Translations under genes and position numbers: made by a program
The notes under the pieces: model-generated
Told to the model about the DNA's origin: nothing
Databases searched by the model: none
Seen by the model: only the letters and a program-made list of their open reading frames with translations
Shown: one piece after another, positions 26,586 to 37,681 of the stretch
How the letters are laid out: the number at the start of each line of letters is the position of its first letter
Numbering within the stretch: position 1 is the stretch's first letter
DNA from: Piromyces finnis finn
Lineage: Eukaryota; Fungi; Neocallimastigomycota
Direction: 5' to 3'
Assembly (NCBI GenBank): GCA_002104945.1
Contig: MCFH01000017.1
Coordinates: forward strand, 558,001 to 622,000
Length of the DNA: 64,000 bases

Positions 26586-26644
26586 CTTTCACTTAAGGTC
26601 ATTTTTTGTTCAGACATCTCAAGGAAGATTTCCTTGATTTTATC

Positions 26645-27070
26645 TGTAAAGATATAAAATATATCTTTAAATTATTTAATAATTAATTAATAATTATTAA
26701 ATAATAATTTTGATATTTTAATGAAAATTTATTTGTAAACTTTATTATATAAATTTTATGGAATAATTAAATAAAGATTAATTTTAAAATATCAAAGTTA
26801 GAAATGAAATTTGGATAAATTTTTAAATTAATGGATAATTAAATTTAAATATTTTAAATATTCAAATTAAATCTTAAAAAGTTTTTATTTAATTAAAATT
26901 AGTTTAATAACTTTAGCGTAGTTTTAAATTAGCATTTTTTTAATAGCAAATATATAATAAATAGTATTATTAATATTTAATTAATATATAGGTAATACAT
27001 GGACTGTATTTAATTTGTAGTTTACTCAAATTGAATCAAAAGTGTATTTAATTAGTTTTAGTTTAGCAAA
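26645..27070 (+). repeat. Truncated N-family LTR
   Basis: Starts TGTAAAGATATAAAATATATC and closely matches the reverse complement of the 9107-10396 copy; right end approximate. Confidence 0.75.
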
Positions 27071-27399
27071 ATAATTATAACATCTCGAAGTAATATTAAT
27101 TTTATAATTTTTATTATTAATTATTTTTATTTATTTTTATTTAATTAGTAATTATTAGTAATTATTAGTAATACAAAATTAAAATAATTGTTAATCTTCA
27201 ATTAAGCTCTAGTATAAATAATTAAAGAAAAAATTAATTAAGTTTCAATTGAAAATTATTTTCCAATATTATATAAACTTTTATTATTACCTTGACTTAA
27301 AAGTCCTCTTTTAAATGTTAATAAAAAGCAAAATTTTAATTTTAAACTTATAATTAATAAAAAAAATTTTTAATAAATTTTTAAATTTTTATTATCTTC

Positions 27400-28038
27400 A
27401 CCCTTAAATTTATAAACTCTAATTAATAGTAAAATTATTCAACCTATTCACCAACCTCCTGATAGAAGGTAATATAAGTGTTTGAGTTTTGGAAATCCTA
27501 ATTTCTTCAGAAAGAATCTGAGTTGTAATTACCGTTTCAACTAAATTTTTTTTAACTTCCGAGTGCATTTCTCCCATCAATCGGAGTTAGTTCCAATGGT
27601 GGTTCTTAGAGAAACGTTGGCTTATTTCTATTGCTAGGTGATTGTGACCCTCCTGGTCTGTCATGCTGTATCTTCAGCTTCGACGCTCTTTTAATCAATG
27701 TACATTAGATGCATGTCGTTGTATGATATTTCCCGACTACAATCCTAATCCTCTTATAATTTGATCACGTGTCAACCGCCCCTAATGTTTACACTTAAAT
27801 TGATTAAAGAATATTGTGTATTTTTTGGCATAGCCTAAGTCACCACTTATTAAATTCTAATTCGGAATGTACCATGTACACTTAACCCTCTCAGGCCGGC
27901 TAGACGAGTGTTATTATCATAATAGTAAATTAGAAAGTTCATTAATACTTACCTGAATATCATAATCCATCCTATGGCAAACCCAGTGATAAAATCCACA
28001 GGTACTGATATCTGCGGGGTCAAACCAGATGCCTTATG
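27400..28038 (-). pseudogene. Highly degenerate Gypsy 3' end (integrase remnant, PPT, probable LTR start at 27774)
   Basis: 27952-28038 translates with frameshifts to HKASGL...VDFITGLP*DG.D, resembling the integrase MDFITxLPxxxG motif. AGGGGCGG (27776-27783) precedes TGACACGTG. Confidence 0.45.
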
Positions 28039-28819
28039 TGTAAAGATATAATATATATCTTTAGACTATTGACTATTTAATAATTAATAATTAATTATTA
28101 AATAATAAATTAATATTTAGTAAAATTGCTTTTTTAGAATAAATTTTATGGAATAATTTATTAATAAATTATTTTATAATAATTCCTTTAAATTTAAATT
28201 AAGATAAATATTTAAATTTAAGGAATAAAAGAAATTTAATTAAATTTAAATATTTTAAATACTTTAAATAATCAAAATATTTTTTAAATACTTTTTATTT
28301 AATTTTAGAATAGATTATACTTTATTATTTAAATTTAGAATAGCTTAATAATTTTAACTTAGTTTTAAAAATAGATTTGTTTATATTTCAATAGGAAATG
28401 TATAACGAATAGCATTAATAATATTAAATTAATTTATAGATAATACATGGACTTTATTCAATTTTGAGTTTACTCAAATTGAATTAAAAGTATAATGAAT
28501 TAGTTTTAGTTTAACTTTATTATTTTATTATTTAATTAGATTAATTATGTTTATTTTATATTAAATATATGTTTATTTAAATAGAATAATATATTAGAAT
28601 ATAATTATGAAAAAATATAAATACATGTAGCTTTTGTTTGTTAAATCAATGTAATTGTTATTTTCAATTTTTTAATTATTAACTATTATATAGTCAATAA
28701 TATTTTTAAGAGTTTTAAATAAAATGTTTTTTAAATAAAAATTTAATGTTTTATTTTTGTGTTACTAAAAATTGGTTTATTTTAAGTATAAAATCTGTTT
28801 TAAATTTTATACTTTTACA
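28039..28819 (+). repeat. N-family LTR (781 bp)
   Basis: TGTAAAGATATA...ACTTTTACA; homologous to 25834-26585; no matching TSD. Confidence 0.8.
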
Positions 28820-29406
28820 GTGACATATAATATCTTTACAGGTTTTATACTATTGCATTTAGTATATAATCAATTATATTTGTTTTGTACAATATATTTT
28901 AAATGTATATATTTCGTATTTCTCATATATAATAATAATATGAATATAATATAATATTAATACTTCATTTATTTACTTATTATATTCTAATAATAAAAAT
29001 TTTTTTTTCAATAGTAATATTTTAATTACATTATATATAATTATATATATGTAAATATATTAATTTCATGTCAAATATTTTATTCAGCTTGTTGAATATA
29101 ATATTTTAACTTTCATACACTACGTAACTAGAAAATCTTGGTTATTTAACTGAATAAACTTCCTCAGTTCCAAAACAAATGTAGCAATAAAACTAAACTA
29201 ACTATAAAATAATTCATCAATTTATTCTTTATTAATATAGTATTTTATACAAATGATTAAAACTTTAAAGTATTTGTTTTATAATATATAATTTTATTTA
29301 TTAACTTTTGTTTTATTACAATACTAAAATATACTATTAATAAATAAGAGGAAATTTTCAAATACATTATAGAATATTCAATTTTTAATTAGTTTTCGAT
29401 AAAAAT

Positions 29407-29488
29407 CGTCAGCTGCAGGGTTTGAACCTGCGCGGGCAGAGCCCATCAGATTTCAAGTCTGACTCCTTAACCACTCGGACAAACTGAC
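29407..29488 (-). tRNA. tRNA-Ser(UGA), 82 nt, intronless, long variable arm
   Basis: GTCAGTT/GCTGACG acceptor stem, D-loop AGTGGTTAAG, anticodon stem TCAGA-CTTGAAA-TCTGA, T-loop GGTTCAAACCC; T5 terminator at 29401-29405. Confidence 0.97.
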
Positions 29489-29552
29489 TTTTTTATTTTT
29501 TATCACAATAACATATATAAAAATTTAAAAAATTTGGACACATGGAAAAAAT

Positions 29553-30696
29553 TGTCACGAATACTAGTGAAATTACAATTTCAAGATCACTTGGAATTGT
29601 GAAAACACTTATGAAAATTCAAAATCAACAAATATTTTATTTTCAAATAAATTATAAAATTTTATTAAGAAATATTTAAAAATTTAGGAAAGGTTAAAAT
29701 ATGACCTTAACCCTTAATAATTTTTATAATAAATAACTTTAACCCTTATCGTTAAAATGGAATAAGAAAAAACACGCGTATCTCCTCAACGAATGACGAT
29801 TTTTGAATAAAAATATTTTGGTTATAATTACGTTCGTTAGAAAGCCACGCTCGAGACAAACAACATATCTTAAAATCAGGTCAATATCTCTGCTGGTTCA
29901 CGAGATATTCCAATTTAAAGATATTTTGTTAGCAATGATTAATTGTTTATTCAGAGAATGATCACCCCTGATATATCAAACATAAATCATTCACTCAAAG
30001 TATAAAAATTATTGTTTAATTAAATTAAAATTATTTTCCGGAACTAATTAACTTTATTTTATAATAATTATTTCAATGACATAATTTATAATCTTTGAAC
30101 TAGAGGATTATAATTATTAATATTATATTCAATGAATTATATTATAATTAAGAAATAATTAATATTATGAATATTATAAACAATAGTTATTTTTTAATAA
30201 TTAGGAATAAGTCTTAAGTTTAGTTTAAGTATTATAAAATATATTATGAATATAATCATGTATTGAAAAGTTATTTTATTATTAAATGTAAAATTACAAA
30301 TAGTATAAATAGTTTAGAATAGTTATGAAATTAAAATCTTTGTAAAGATTATTAACTATAAATTATTAACTATAAATTATTAACTATGAATTATTAACCA
30401 AAAATTATTAACCATAAATTATTAAATTATTAACTATAAATTATTAACTATTAATAATAATTAATACTTAATGAGTATTACTACTAAATAATCTTATTAT
30501 TATATATTTTAGCAATATATCATTAAATAAAATAAAAGAAATTATTTTAACCATAATATATAATTTAATTATTCATTTATAAATCAATTAAGATTATTTT
30601 AATAAAACATTTTTTTTTTCTAACCTAGTTATCTTTTAACCTTTTATTTAATTTAATATTTTAATATTAAATTATAAGTTTAGTAAAACTTTTACA
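29553..30696. repeat. Solo-LTR-like insertion S1 (1144 bp) in the E1 5' LTR
   Basis: TGTCA...TTACA; TSD AAAAT; the host LTR restores to exactly 619 bp when it is removed. Contains ~14-bp TTATTAACTATAAA repeats at ~30350-30450. Confidence 0.88.
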
Positions 30697-31268
30697 AAAA
30701 TTAAAAATTTTTTTTAAAATTTGAAAATTTGAAAATTTGAAAAAATTTATTTTTTAAATTTTTATTAAAAAATTTCAAAGTATAAAATTTCTAATATTTG
30801 AAATTATTAAATTTTTTAAAATTATTAAAATTTTATTATTAAAAATTTTAATTTAAATTTATTAACTATTTACAATAATTATATTAATTATTAATTTATA
30901 AAAATTAAATATTTTATAATTAGATAATAATTAATTAAAATTAAAAAATGTAATAATTAAAATTGTTCATGTATAAAAAGAACAAAAATTGACAAAAATT
31001 ACGAAGCTTTAGCGTTAGTAATTTTTTAACCTAAAGTTAATAAAATTTATAAACTCCTATAAAACCTAAAACTTTAAAAATTTTAATATTTTTAATAACT
31101 TAATATATGCTGATATTAAGTTATTGCTAAAATAAAAATATTATTTAAATTTCTTTATATAAATATTATTAGCTTTACGCCTTCAATAGGAAAGCGTATT
31201 ATATTTATTAATTAATATAACTAGTGTGCTTACCACACTTTTCTTTAATAAAAAATCGCTTTTTGACA

Positions 31269-31279
31269 TTACTAACGCT
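31269..31279 (+). promoter_or_regulatory. Self-priming PBS of E1 (TTACTAACGCT)
   Basis: Directly follows the 5' LTR; perfect complement of AGCGTTAGTAA at 31011-31021, which lies 39 nt after TATAAAA. Confidence 0.85.
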
Positions 31280-31349
31280 TATTATAAAAGTGCGCTAAGC
31301 ACCAATTAGTTAGTTATTATTAATAACTAAATATAATAATTAAAGTTTA

Positions 31350-31552
31350 ATGGAAAAATCTCCACTTACACCTATTAAAGTGGATACAAAAGAATTTTTT
31401 AACCGCCTACAAACTACCAAGAGAGAACGTTCCCCAGGAAATACTCCCGTAAGAAAATCAAAGATGCCTAATCATTCCGGACAAGCTAATGCTTCTACGA
31501 GTAATCCTACTCAGAAGCCAACTACTAATGAGGATCTCAAGGCCCTCATTGA
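31350..31552 (+). CDS. E1 gag-pol, N-terminal part
   Basis: MEKSPLTP...EDLKALI joins in frame to 37682 (ATT GAG TCT...) after removing E1b. Confidence 0.85.
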
Positions 31553-32059
31553 TGTAAAGAACTAATGTTCAATAAATAAAAACACAAATATATAAAAAGG
31601 AAAATAATAAAAGCAAATAAAAATTTTATTATTGAACACTTAACAAAATTATAACAGGTTAGTGTTTAATAATTTTATTTTTATTATAAAATTTCTTTGT
31701 TAATAAAAACTCGAATTCAAAATAATTTTTTGAGAAATTTCACTCGTATTTATATAAATGTTTTTAAAAGTAAATTTATAAAAATTTTACAACTTAATTT
31801 TTTAAGCCAATCAGAAATTATCTTCTTTGGTAAAATTTCGTTATAAAATATTTTAATAATTAAAAAAAAGATATTAATGAGGTTTCGAACTCGAGTAGTT
31901 CAAACCAAGGTCTTAGTTACTAACCACTAAGACAGGTTACTAATTTCTATGATTCGTTACATGGTCCTCCTCCAGGATTCGGATACCAGACGAATCAACT
32001 AAATTTATTTGTTACTTTATTATAAAAGAAATAATTGAAACGAGTGAATACATTTTGAA

Positions 32060-32102
<43 letters not shown>

Positions 32103-32205
32103 TGAATATTAAATTATAAATATATTTTTTCATTTTCTATTTTCTATTTTCTATTCTCTTTTTCTCTTATCAATTACTAATTTTTTTTTAAATTAATAAC
32201 TATTA

Positions 32206-35200
32206 CTAATGTGAATTATTAAAGTTTTTAATTAGTTCATCGCAGTTTAAATTACTTTCAGGTTCCCAAGATGCTTCTGAAAGCGGATAACCTTTCCATT
32301 TTATTAGATATTGAATCTTCCCATAATGCTTTCTTTTATCAAGTATTTCTTCTACTTCGTATTCTTCTTCTTCATTTACTATTATAGGTGGAGGTGGATC
32401 TTTGATTCTTCCAAAACTATCTTCATAATACGGTTCTAGGTTTGAAACATGAACAATTGGGTAAATCTTCAGCGATTTTGGTAATTCTAATTTATAAGTG
32501 AGATTAGAGATTTTACTAATTATCCTAAACGGGCCAAGTTTCCTAGGATTAAATTTTTTATTTCCTTTATGAATTATCAAGGAGCTATCCAACCATACTT
32601 TGTCACCAGTCTTGAATGTCGGAGGTTCTTGTCTATACTTGTCGGCATATTTCTTTTGAACTTGGATGGCCTTCTTTAAGTTTTCTTTTAGTTTCTCCAT
32701 TAGGTCTTCAAAGTCTCTTGTAAACTCTTCAGCTCTTGGAACATTCGTTTGGTCAGGAATTACCGGAGAGTATTTTGGGTGATAACCATAATTTAGGAAG
32801 AATGGTGAGAATTTTGTTGAGTCTTGAACAGCATTATTGTAACTGAATTCTGCCAATGGAAGAAAGTTGATCCAGTTTGTTCCTTTATAATTAGAAAAGC
32901 ATCTTAAATATTGTTCAACAACGGAGTTTACCCTCTCCGTTTGGCCATTGGATTGATGATGATATGGTGAAGAATATTTAACATTGACGTCCAAAGATTG
33001 ACAAATAGATTTCCAAAATTTCGAAGTGAATTGCGCGCCTCTATCGGAAATAATTTCAGAGGGGAGACCGTGAATTTTGAAAATATAATTCAAAAAAGCA
33101 AAAGCAGTATCAGAAGCAGAAGGAATACCTTTAAAGGGAATGAGGTGGCACATTTTAGTAAGGCGGTCAACTACAACAAGAATAGTGTTAAATCCATCCG
33201 AAGGAGGGAGGTCAGTAATGAAATCCATAGAAATAGAAGCCCAAGGATGGTCACTAATCTCAAGGGGTTGAAGTAAACCATATGGTTTATGACGAGAAGG
33301 CTTGGAGCGGCAACAAATCTCGCAAGATCGGATATAATTCTTAACATCAATAGAAATGGATGGCCACCAAAAGTCACGAGAGATCAAAGAAATAGTTTTG
33401 CGGATACCAAAATGACCGGCAGAGGGGGAATCATGACAGAGTTTCAAAACGGAGGGACGGCATTTTAAAGGGACATAGATTCTACTATCAAAAAGAAGAA
33501 AACTATTACTAAGGGAGAATTTATTACTTTGTGGATGTGGAGCTGGGAGATTCTTATTTTCAAGAAAATTGCAAATGTCAATGTAAAAAGAGTCGTTCAC
33601 ATATTCAGATAATATTTCATCATTAAGAGAAGAAATGGAACAAATCAAAGCGCAGAAATTCTCAGGGCGTAAAACCGAAAAAGGAGCATCAGAAGGAAGA
33701 GAGGAATCCATATAATCAGGTCTTCGTGAAAGCGCATCAGGTTTACCATTAGATGAACCAGAGCGGTAGAGAATTTTAAAGTTAAATTCGGAAAGGAAAA
33801 GGGCCCAACGAACAAGACGTTGTGACATTTTTTCCGGTTTCTTTTGATATAGTAAGTTTCGATGATCTGAATAAATAGTAAACGGGGTTAAAGCACCTTT
33901 GAGAAAATGTCGCCAAGTTTCAAGAGCATTAACAATAGCTAAAAGTTCTTTATCGTATATAGGATAGTTTCTTTCAGCGGAAGTAAGAGATCTTGAATAG
34001 AAAGCGACAGGATGGATCATTTTATCATCAGGAGATTTTTGAGACAGAACTGCTCCTATAGCAAAGTTGCTAGAGTCGGTTTCAACAATAAAGGGAAGAT
34101 CACGATTTGGGTGAGACAGGATGGGAGCAGATGAAATTAATGATTTAATGGTATTAAATGCATCAAGAGCTTCAGAGGAAAAATCAAATTTAACGTTTTT
34201 ACGAAGTAGTCTGTGAAGGGGTTGTGCAACTTTGGCAAAATTAGGAATAAACCGACGATAGTAGTTGGCTAGGCCAATAAAAGATTGAACTTCCTTGACA
34301 CTGGACGGAACTGGCCAATTAATAATAGCAGAAACTTTATTGGGGTCCATATGTATACCTTCAGAGGATATCCGATGACCAAGGAAATCAATAGAGGAAA
34401 CAAAGAATTCACACTTTTCAAGCTTAGCATAAAGACCAGCATTTCTTAAGCGATCCAGGACTTCGATAACGTGCTTAATGTGGGATTTATGGTTTTCAGA
34501 AAAAATAATTAAATCGTCAATATATGAATAAACAAAAATCCCTAGAATATTTTCCAGAACATCATTGATAAAATGCTGAAAAACAGCCGGGGCGTTTTTC
34601 AGTCCGAATGGCATTACCAGGTATTCAAAGTGGCCGAATTTGCAGGTGAAAGCTGTTTTATATTCATCACCCTTTTTGATTCGGACCAAATTATATGCTG
34701 ATCGTAAATCCAATTTTGAGAAGATTTTCGCTTTACCAAGATGCTCTAGCATATCTTGAATCAGAGGTAGAGGATAGGAATCTCTAATGGTAATTTTGTT
34801 GAGTTCCCTATAATCTTGACAAAGACGGAGTTCACCATTCTTTTTAGGAACGAAAAGTACAGGCGCACCAGCAGGAGATTTGGATTTCCTAATGAAACCC
34901 TTTTTGAGGTTTTCATCGATATAATCCTTCAAAACTCTTGTTTCTTCGTCTGTTAGTGGGTAGATTGGTCCATAAAATAGCTTGGCATTTTCGATTAGGT
35001 TTATTTGGCAATCATAAGGACGATGAGGTGGTAATTGAGCAGCAGAAGATTCGCTAAAGACGTCCATATATGATTCTAATTCCTTCGGAAGTTTAGTAGT
35101 AGGATTTGAGTCTTTAAAAGAGTTTTTTGGTGAACAAGAATCAACTTTAGAAAGAGATATATTAGAAGCCATGACAGTACAAGTCTCTTGTGATAAAGGA

Positions 35201-36570
35201 TCGTTAACAGATTCATTGTTAATTAAGACAGATTTAGAACGATTTTCTTTGGGATTACGAGAATGAGATAACTTAGAATTTGAAAAAGAAGATTTAGGTT
35301 TGTCAATAAAAATAGGCAAAGAAACGGAAGAAGAGTTATTGCAATCAGTAGAAAAAACAGAAGTTTCCTGATGGAATTCGGGAACATTCGAAGGGAGAGT
35401 CATACAATGATCCAAGCAATATGAAGAACCAAAGGATAATTTATTATTTTCAAAGTCAATACTTGGATTATGTTCCTTAAGCCAACGTAGACCTAGAATA
35501 CAAGGATATACAGGTAGATCAGTAACGTAAAAGACAGTACGGCATAGGTGATCCATGTAGCGAAGATTAAGAAGTGGAGTAACTCCGAACAGTTTTTGGC
35601 TACCACCAATACCGAATACGTTGGGTAAATCTTCTTCATAGTGGTAGGGAATATTGTGATCGTTGCAATAGTCGACATCTATTAGATTAAGTGTAGAACC
35701 GGAGTCTATAAGAATTTTTGTGTCTAGTTCAAACGATAATTTAAAATTTGAGGTTACCCTATCTTGTTGATTTTTCTTGGAATTGGTAGAATTATTTTGT
35801 AGAGAAACTAAAGATTCGAATGCTGAGTTTTTATTTCTTCTCTTATGACAATCTTTCAGTTGGTGTCCTGGAGATCCACAATAGACACATAAGTTTTCCT
35901 TACTTCTTCTTTCTTTTTCTTCCTTGGATAACGGACCAAAGTATCTTTTCTTCTTGGGATGTTCTTTTAGATTTGTGGAAGCCTTTCTGGAGCCATTGCT
36001 GGAATTAGAACTTGGTCCCTTAGTATTTTTGTCAAAAAATAATCCCCTGGTAGCAAGTCTGGAGTCTATTCTAGCTGCAATAGTTTGGAGGGAAAACAAA
36101 TCTCTTGGTCCTGGGAACATCTCTAATATCTTCATTGCAACTTCTTGGTTGAGCCCAGCGATAAAAGCATCCATCTTAGCCTCTTCATTCCAGTTAGATT
36201 CATCAGAGTATTTGTTAAATTCAAGGATGTATCCTCTGATGCCGCCCAAACGATGTTGCTTGAGAGTACGTAGCATTTGATTGGCTACGTAGACTGCATC
36301 ATTGTTCCCGTAGAATGCCTTTAGTCTTTCCTTGAATGCTTGGTAGTTGGTCAGACATGGATCATGGTTGTCAATAAGCGTAGCGGCCCAATTTAATGCA
36401 TTTCCATAAAGGCGAGAAATCAGGTAGATAACCTTGCTCTCTTCATCTTGATATCTTTCGGGATAAAGGAGAAAAACAAGTTCTATTTTGGCTAAGAAAC
36501 CTTTGAGATATTTTCTGTCTCCTGCGAAACCGTCTTTTAGTGAGGCGTTATCAAATATTTGTCCTTCCAT
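32206..36570 (-). CDS. E1b single-ORF gag-pol polyprotein (1454 aa)
   Basis: CCHC (CVYCGSPGHQLKDC), LIDSGS protease, YSYIDD RT, ETDSS RNase H, HHCC/DDE integrase, GPF motif, canonical chromodomain (YEVEEIL...KWKGY...SWEP). Confidence 0.96.
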   Translation of the reverse strand: MEGQIFDNASLKDGFAGDRKYLKGFLAKIELVFLLYPERYQDEESKVIYLISRLYGNALNWAATLIDNHDPCLTNYQAFKERLKAFYGNNDAVYVANQMLRTLKQHRLGGIRGYILEFNKYSDESNWNEEAKMDAFIAGLNQEVAMKILEMFPGPRDLFSLQTIAARIDSRLATRGLFFDKNTKGPSSNSSNGSRKASTNLKEHPKKKRYFGPLSKEEKERRSKENLCVYCGSPGHQLKDCHKRRNKNSAFESLVSLQNNSTNSKKNQQDRVTSNFKLSFELDTKILIDSGSTLNLIDVDYCNDHNIPYHYEEDLPNVFGIGGSQKLFGVTPLLNLRYMDHLCRTVFYVTDLPVYPCILGLRWLKEHNPSIDFENNKLSFGSSYCLDHCMTLPSNVPEFHQETSVFSTDCNNSSSVSLPIFIDKPKSSFSNSKLSHSRNPKENRSKSVLINNESVNDPLSQETCTVMASNISLSKVDSCSPKNSFKDSNPTTKLPKELESYMDVFSESSAAQLPPHRPYDCQINLIENAKLFYGPIYPLTDEETRVLKDYIDENLKKGFIRKSKSPAGAPVLFVPKKNGELRLCQDYRELNKITIRDSYPLPLIQDMLEHLGKAKIFSKLDLRSAYNLVRIKKGDEYKTAFTCKFGHFEYLVMPFGLKNAPAVFQHFINDVLENILGIFVYSYIDDLIIFSENHKSHIKHVIEVLDRLRNAGLYAKLEKCEFFVSSIDFLGHRISSEGIHMDPNKVSAIINWPVPSSVKEVQSFIGLANYYRRFIPNFAKVAQPLHRLLRKNVKFDFSSEALDAFNTIKSLISSAPILSHPNRDLPFIVETDSSNFAIGAVLSQKSPDDKMIHPVAFYSRSLTSAERNYPIYDKELLAIVNALETWRHFLKGALTPFTIYSDHRNLLYQKKPEKMSQRLVRWALFLSEFNFKILYRSGSSNGKPDALSRRPDYMDSSLPSDAPFSVLRPENFCALICSISSLNDEILSEYVNDSFYIDICNFLENKNLPAPHPQSNKFSLSNSFLLFDSRIYVPLKCRPSVLKLCHDSPSAGHFGIRKTISLISRDFWWPSISIDVKNYIRSCEICCRSKPSRHKPYGLLQPLEISDHPWASISMDFITDLPPSDGFNTILVVVDRLTKMCHLIPFKGIPSASDTAFAFLNYIFKIHGLPSEIISDRGAQFTSKFWKSICQSLDVNVKYSSPYHHQSNGQTERVNSVVEQYLRCFSNYKGTNWINFLPLAEFSYNNAVQDSTKFSPFFLNYGYHPKYSPVIPDQTNVPRAEEFTRDFEDLMEKLKENLKKAIQVQKKYADKYRQEPPTFKTGDKVWLDSSLIIHKGNKKFNPRKLGPFRIISKISNLTYKLELPKSLKIYPIVHVSNLEPYYEDSFGRIKDPPPPIIVNEEEEYEVEEILDKRKHYGKIQYLIKWKGYPLSEASWEPESNLNCDELIKNFNNSH

Positions 36571-37262
36571 TAAAATTAAAAAAATATAATTGTTTGAAAA
36601 TAAAAATTATGTAAATAAGATAAAGTTATGTTTGAAGAAATTAAGAAAGAAAAAAAAAATTAAATCTTTATTATTATTTATTGATTAAAATATTTTAAAT
36701 ATAGACAAAGAGTCAAATTAAATAGTATTGGACCATCAAATATTTAATTTTATTAGTATTCAATACTAGGTCCCTTGTAGCTCTTTGTTGATAACGTAGA
36801 TATTATCAATTGTTAATATTGGAAATGAAAATTTTCAATAAAAGGAATTAACGGTATTAGTTTCTTTATTGTCACTTACTTAATTAAGCGGAAAGAAAAA
36901 AAATAGGTTTAATTCCCCGATTATTAATAATATCTAAACAACAAAGTATTACGTATAGGTGTCCAACTATCCACGCTAAGGGAGGTATTGAATCCTAACT
37001 TCTTTGTTATTTTAATATTTTTTCAAAAATAATAAATAAAATTTAATTTTATTTATTAAAAGTAGAAAACGTTTTATTAGAAAATGAATTTTTTCTTTAT
37101 TATTAAATTAAGCGTCCTGGCGCTCCCCTTATAATAACTGTGGGTTTTACTTTTGTTTTCAGTACCCTTATTGTTAAAATAAGCTTCACTGACTTACTTA
37201 ATTTTTTAATAAATTAAAAATTCTTCCTTTTTTAAACACTAAGGTGTTATTATATATTTTAG

Positions 37263-37272
37263 GAGTTTTTAT
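37263..37272 (-). promoter_or_regulatory. Self-priming PBS of E1b (ATAAAAACTC)
   Basis: Abuts the 5' LTR; complementary to GAGTTTTTAT in the LTR (37423-37432), ~44 nt after TATATAAATA. Confidence 0.75.
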
Positions 37273-37681
37273 TGTAAAGAACTAATGTTCAATAAATAAA
37301 AACACAAATATATAAAAAGGAAAATAATAAAAGCAAATAAAAATTTTATTATTGAACACTTAACAAAATTATAACAGGTTAGTGTTTAATAATTTTATTT
37401 TTATTATAAAATTTCTTTGTTAATAAAAACTCGAATTCAAAATAATTTTTTGAGAAATTTCACTCGTATTTATATAAATGTTTTTAAAAGTAAATTTATA
37501 AAAATTTTACAACTTAATTTTTTAAGCCAATCAGAAATTATCTTCTTTGGTAAAATTTCGTTATAAAATATTTTAATAATTAAAAAAAAGATATTAATGA
37601 GGTTTCGAACTCGAGTAGTTCAAACCAAGGTCTTAGTTACTAACCACTAAGACAGGTTACTAATTTCTATGATTCGTTACA

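Larger units (their letters stand above)
19140..26644 (-). mobile_element. Degenerate Ty1/Copia element C1, 5'-truncated, carrying four nested insertions
   Basis: PPT GAGGGGGAG (19368-19376) precedes a 3' LTR (19367 to ~19140). Fragments: RNase H (19380-19766), RT (YQLDIKAAYL), integrase (VHFDISGP, KTDGAKEY), protease (WFYDTDAAEH), gag CCHC (CHICCEHSHSTEMC). Confidence 0.93.
31553..37681 (-). mobile_element. Intact chromodomain Ty3/Gypsy E1b (A-family LTRs) nested in E1 gag
   Basis: Two 409-bp LTRs (31553-31961, 37273-37681) that look identical; TSD ATTGA; PPT GGAGGAGGA at ~31965-31973. Confidence 0.97.

Noticed and set aside
27945-27955. ATACTTACCTG, identical to the 5' end of U1 snRNA
   Set aside because: No stem I, U1-70K loop or Sm site follows; the minus strand here is a decayed integrase remnant.
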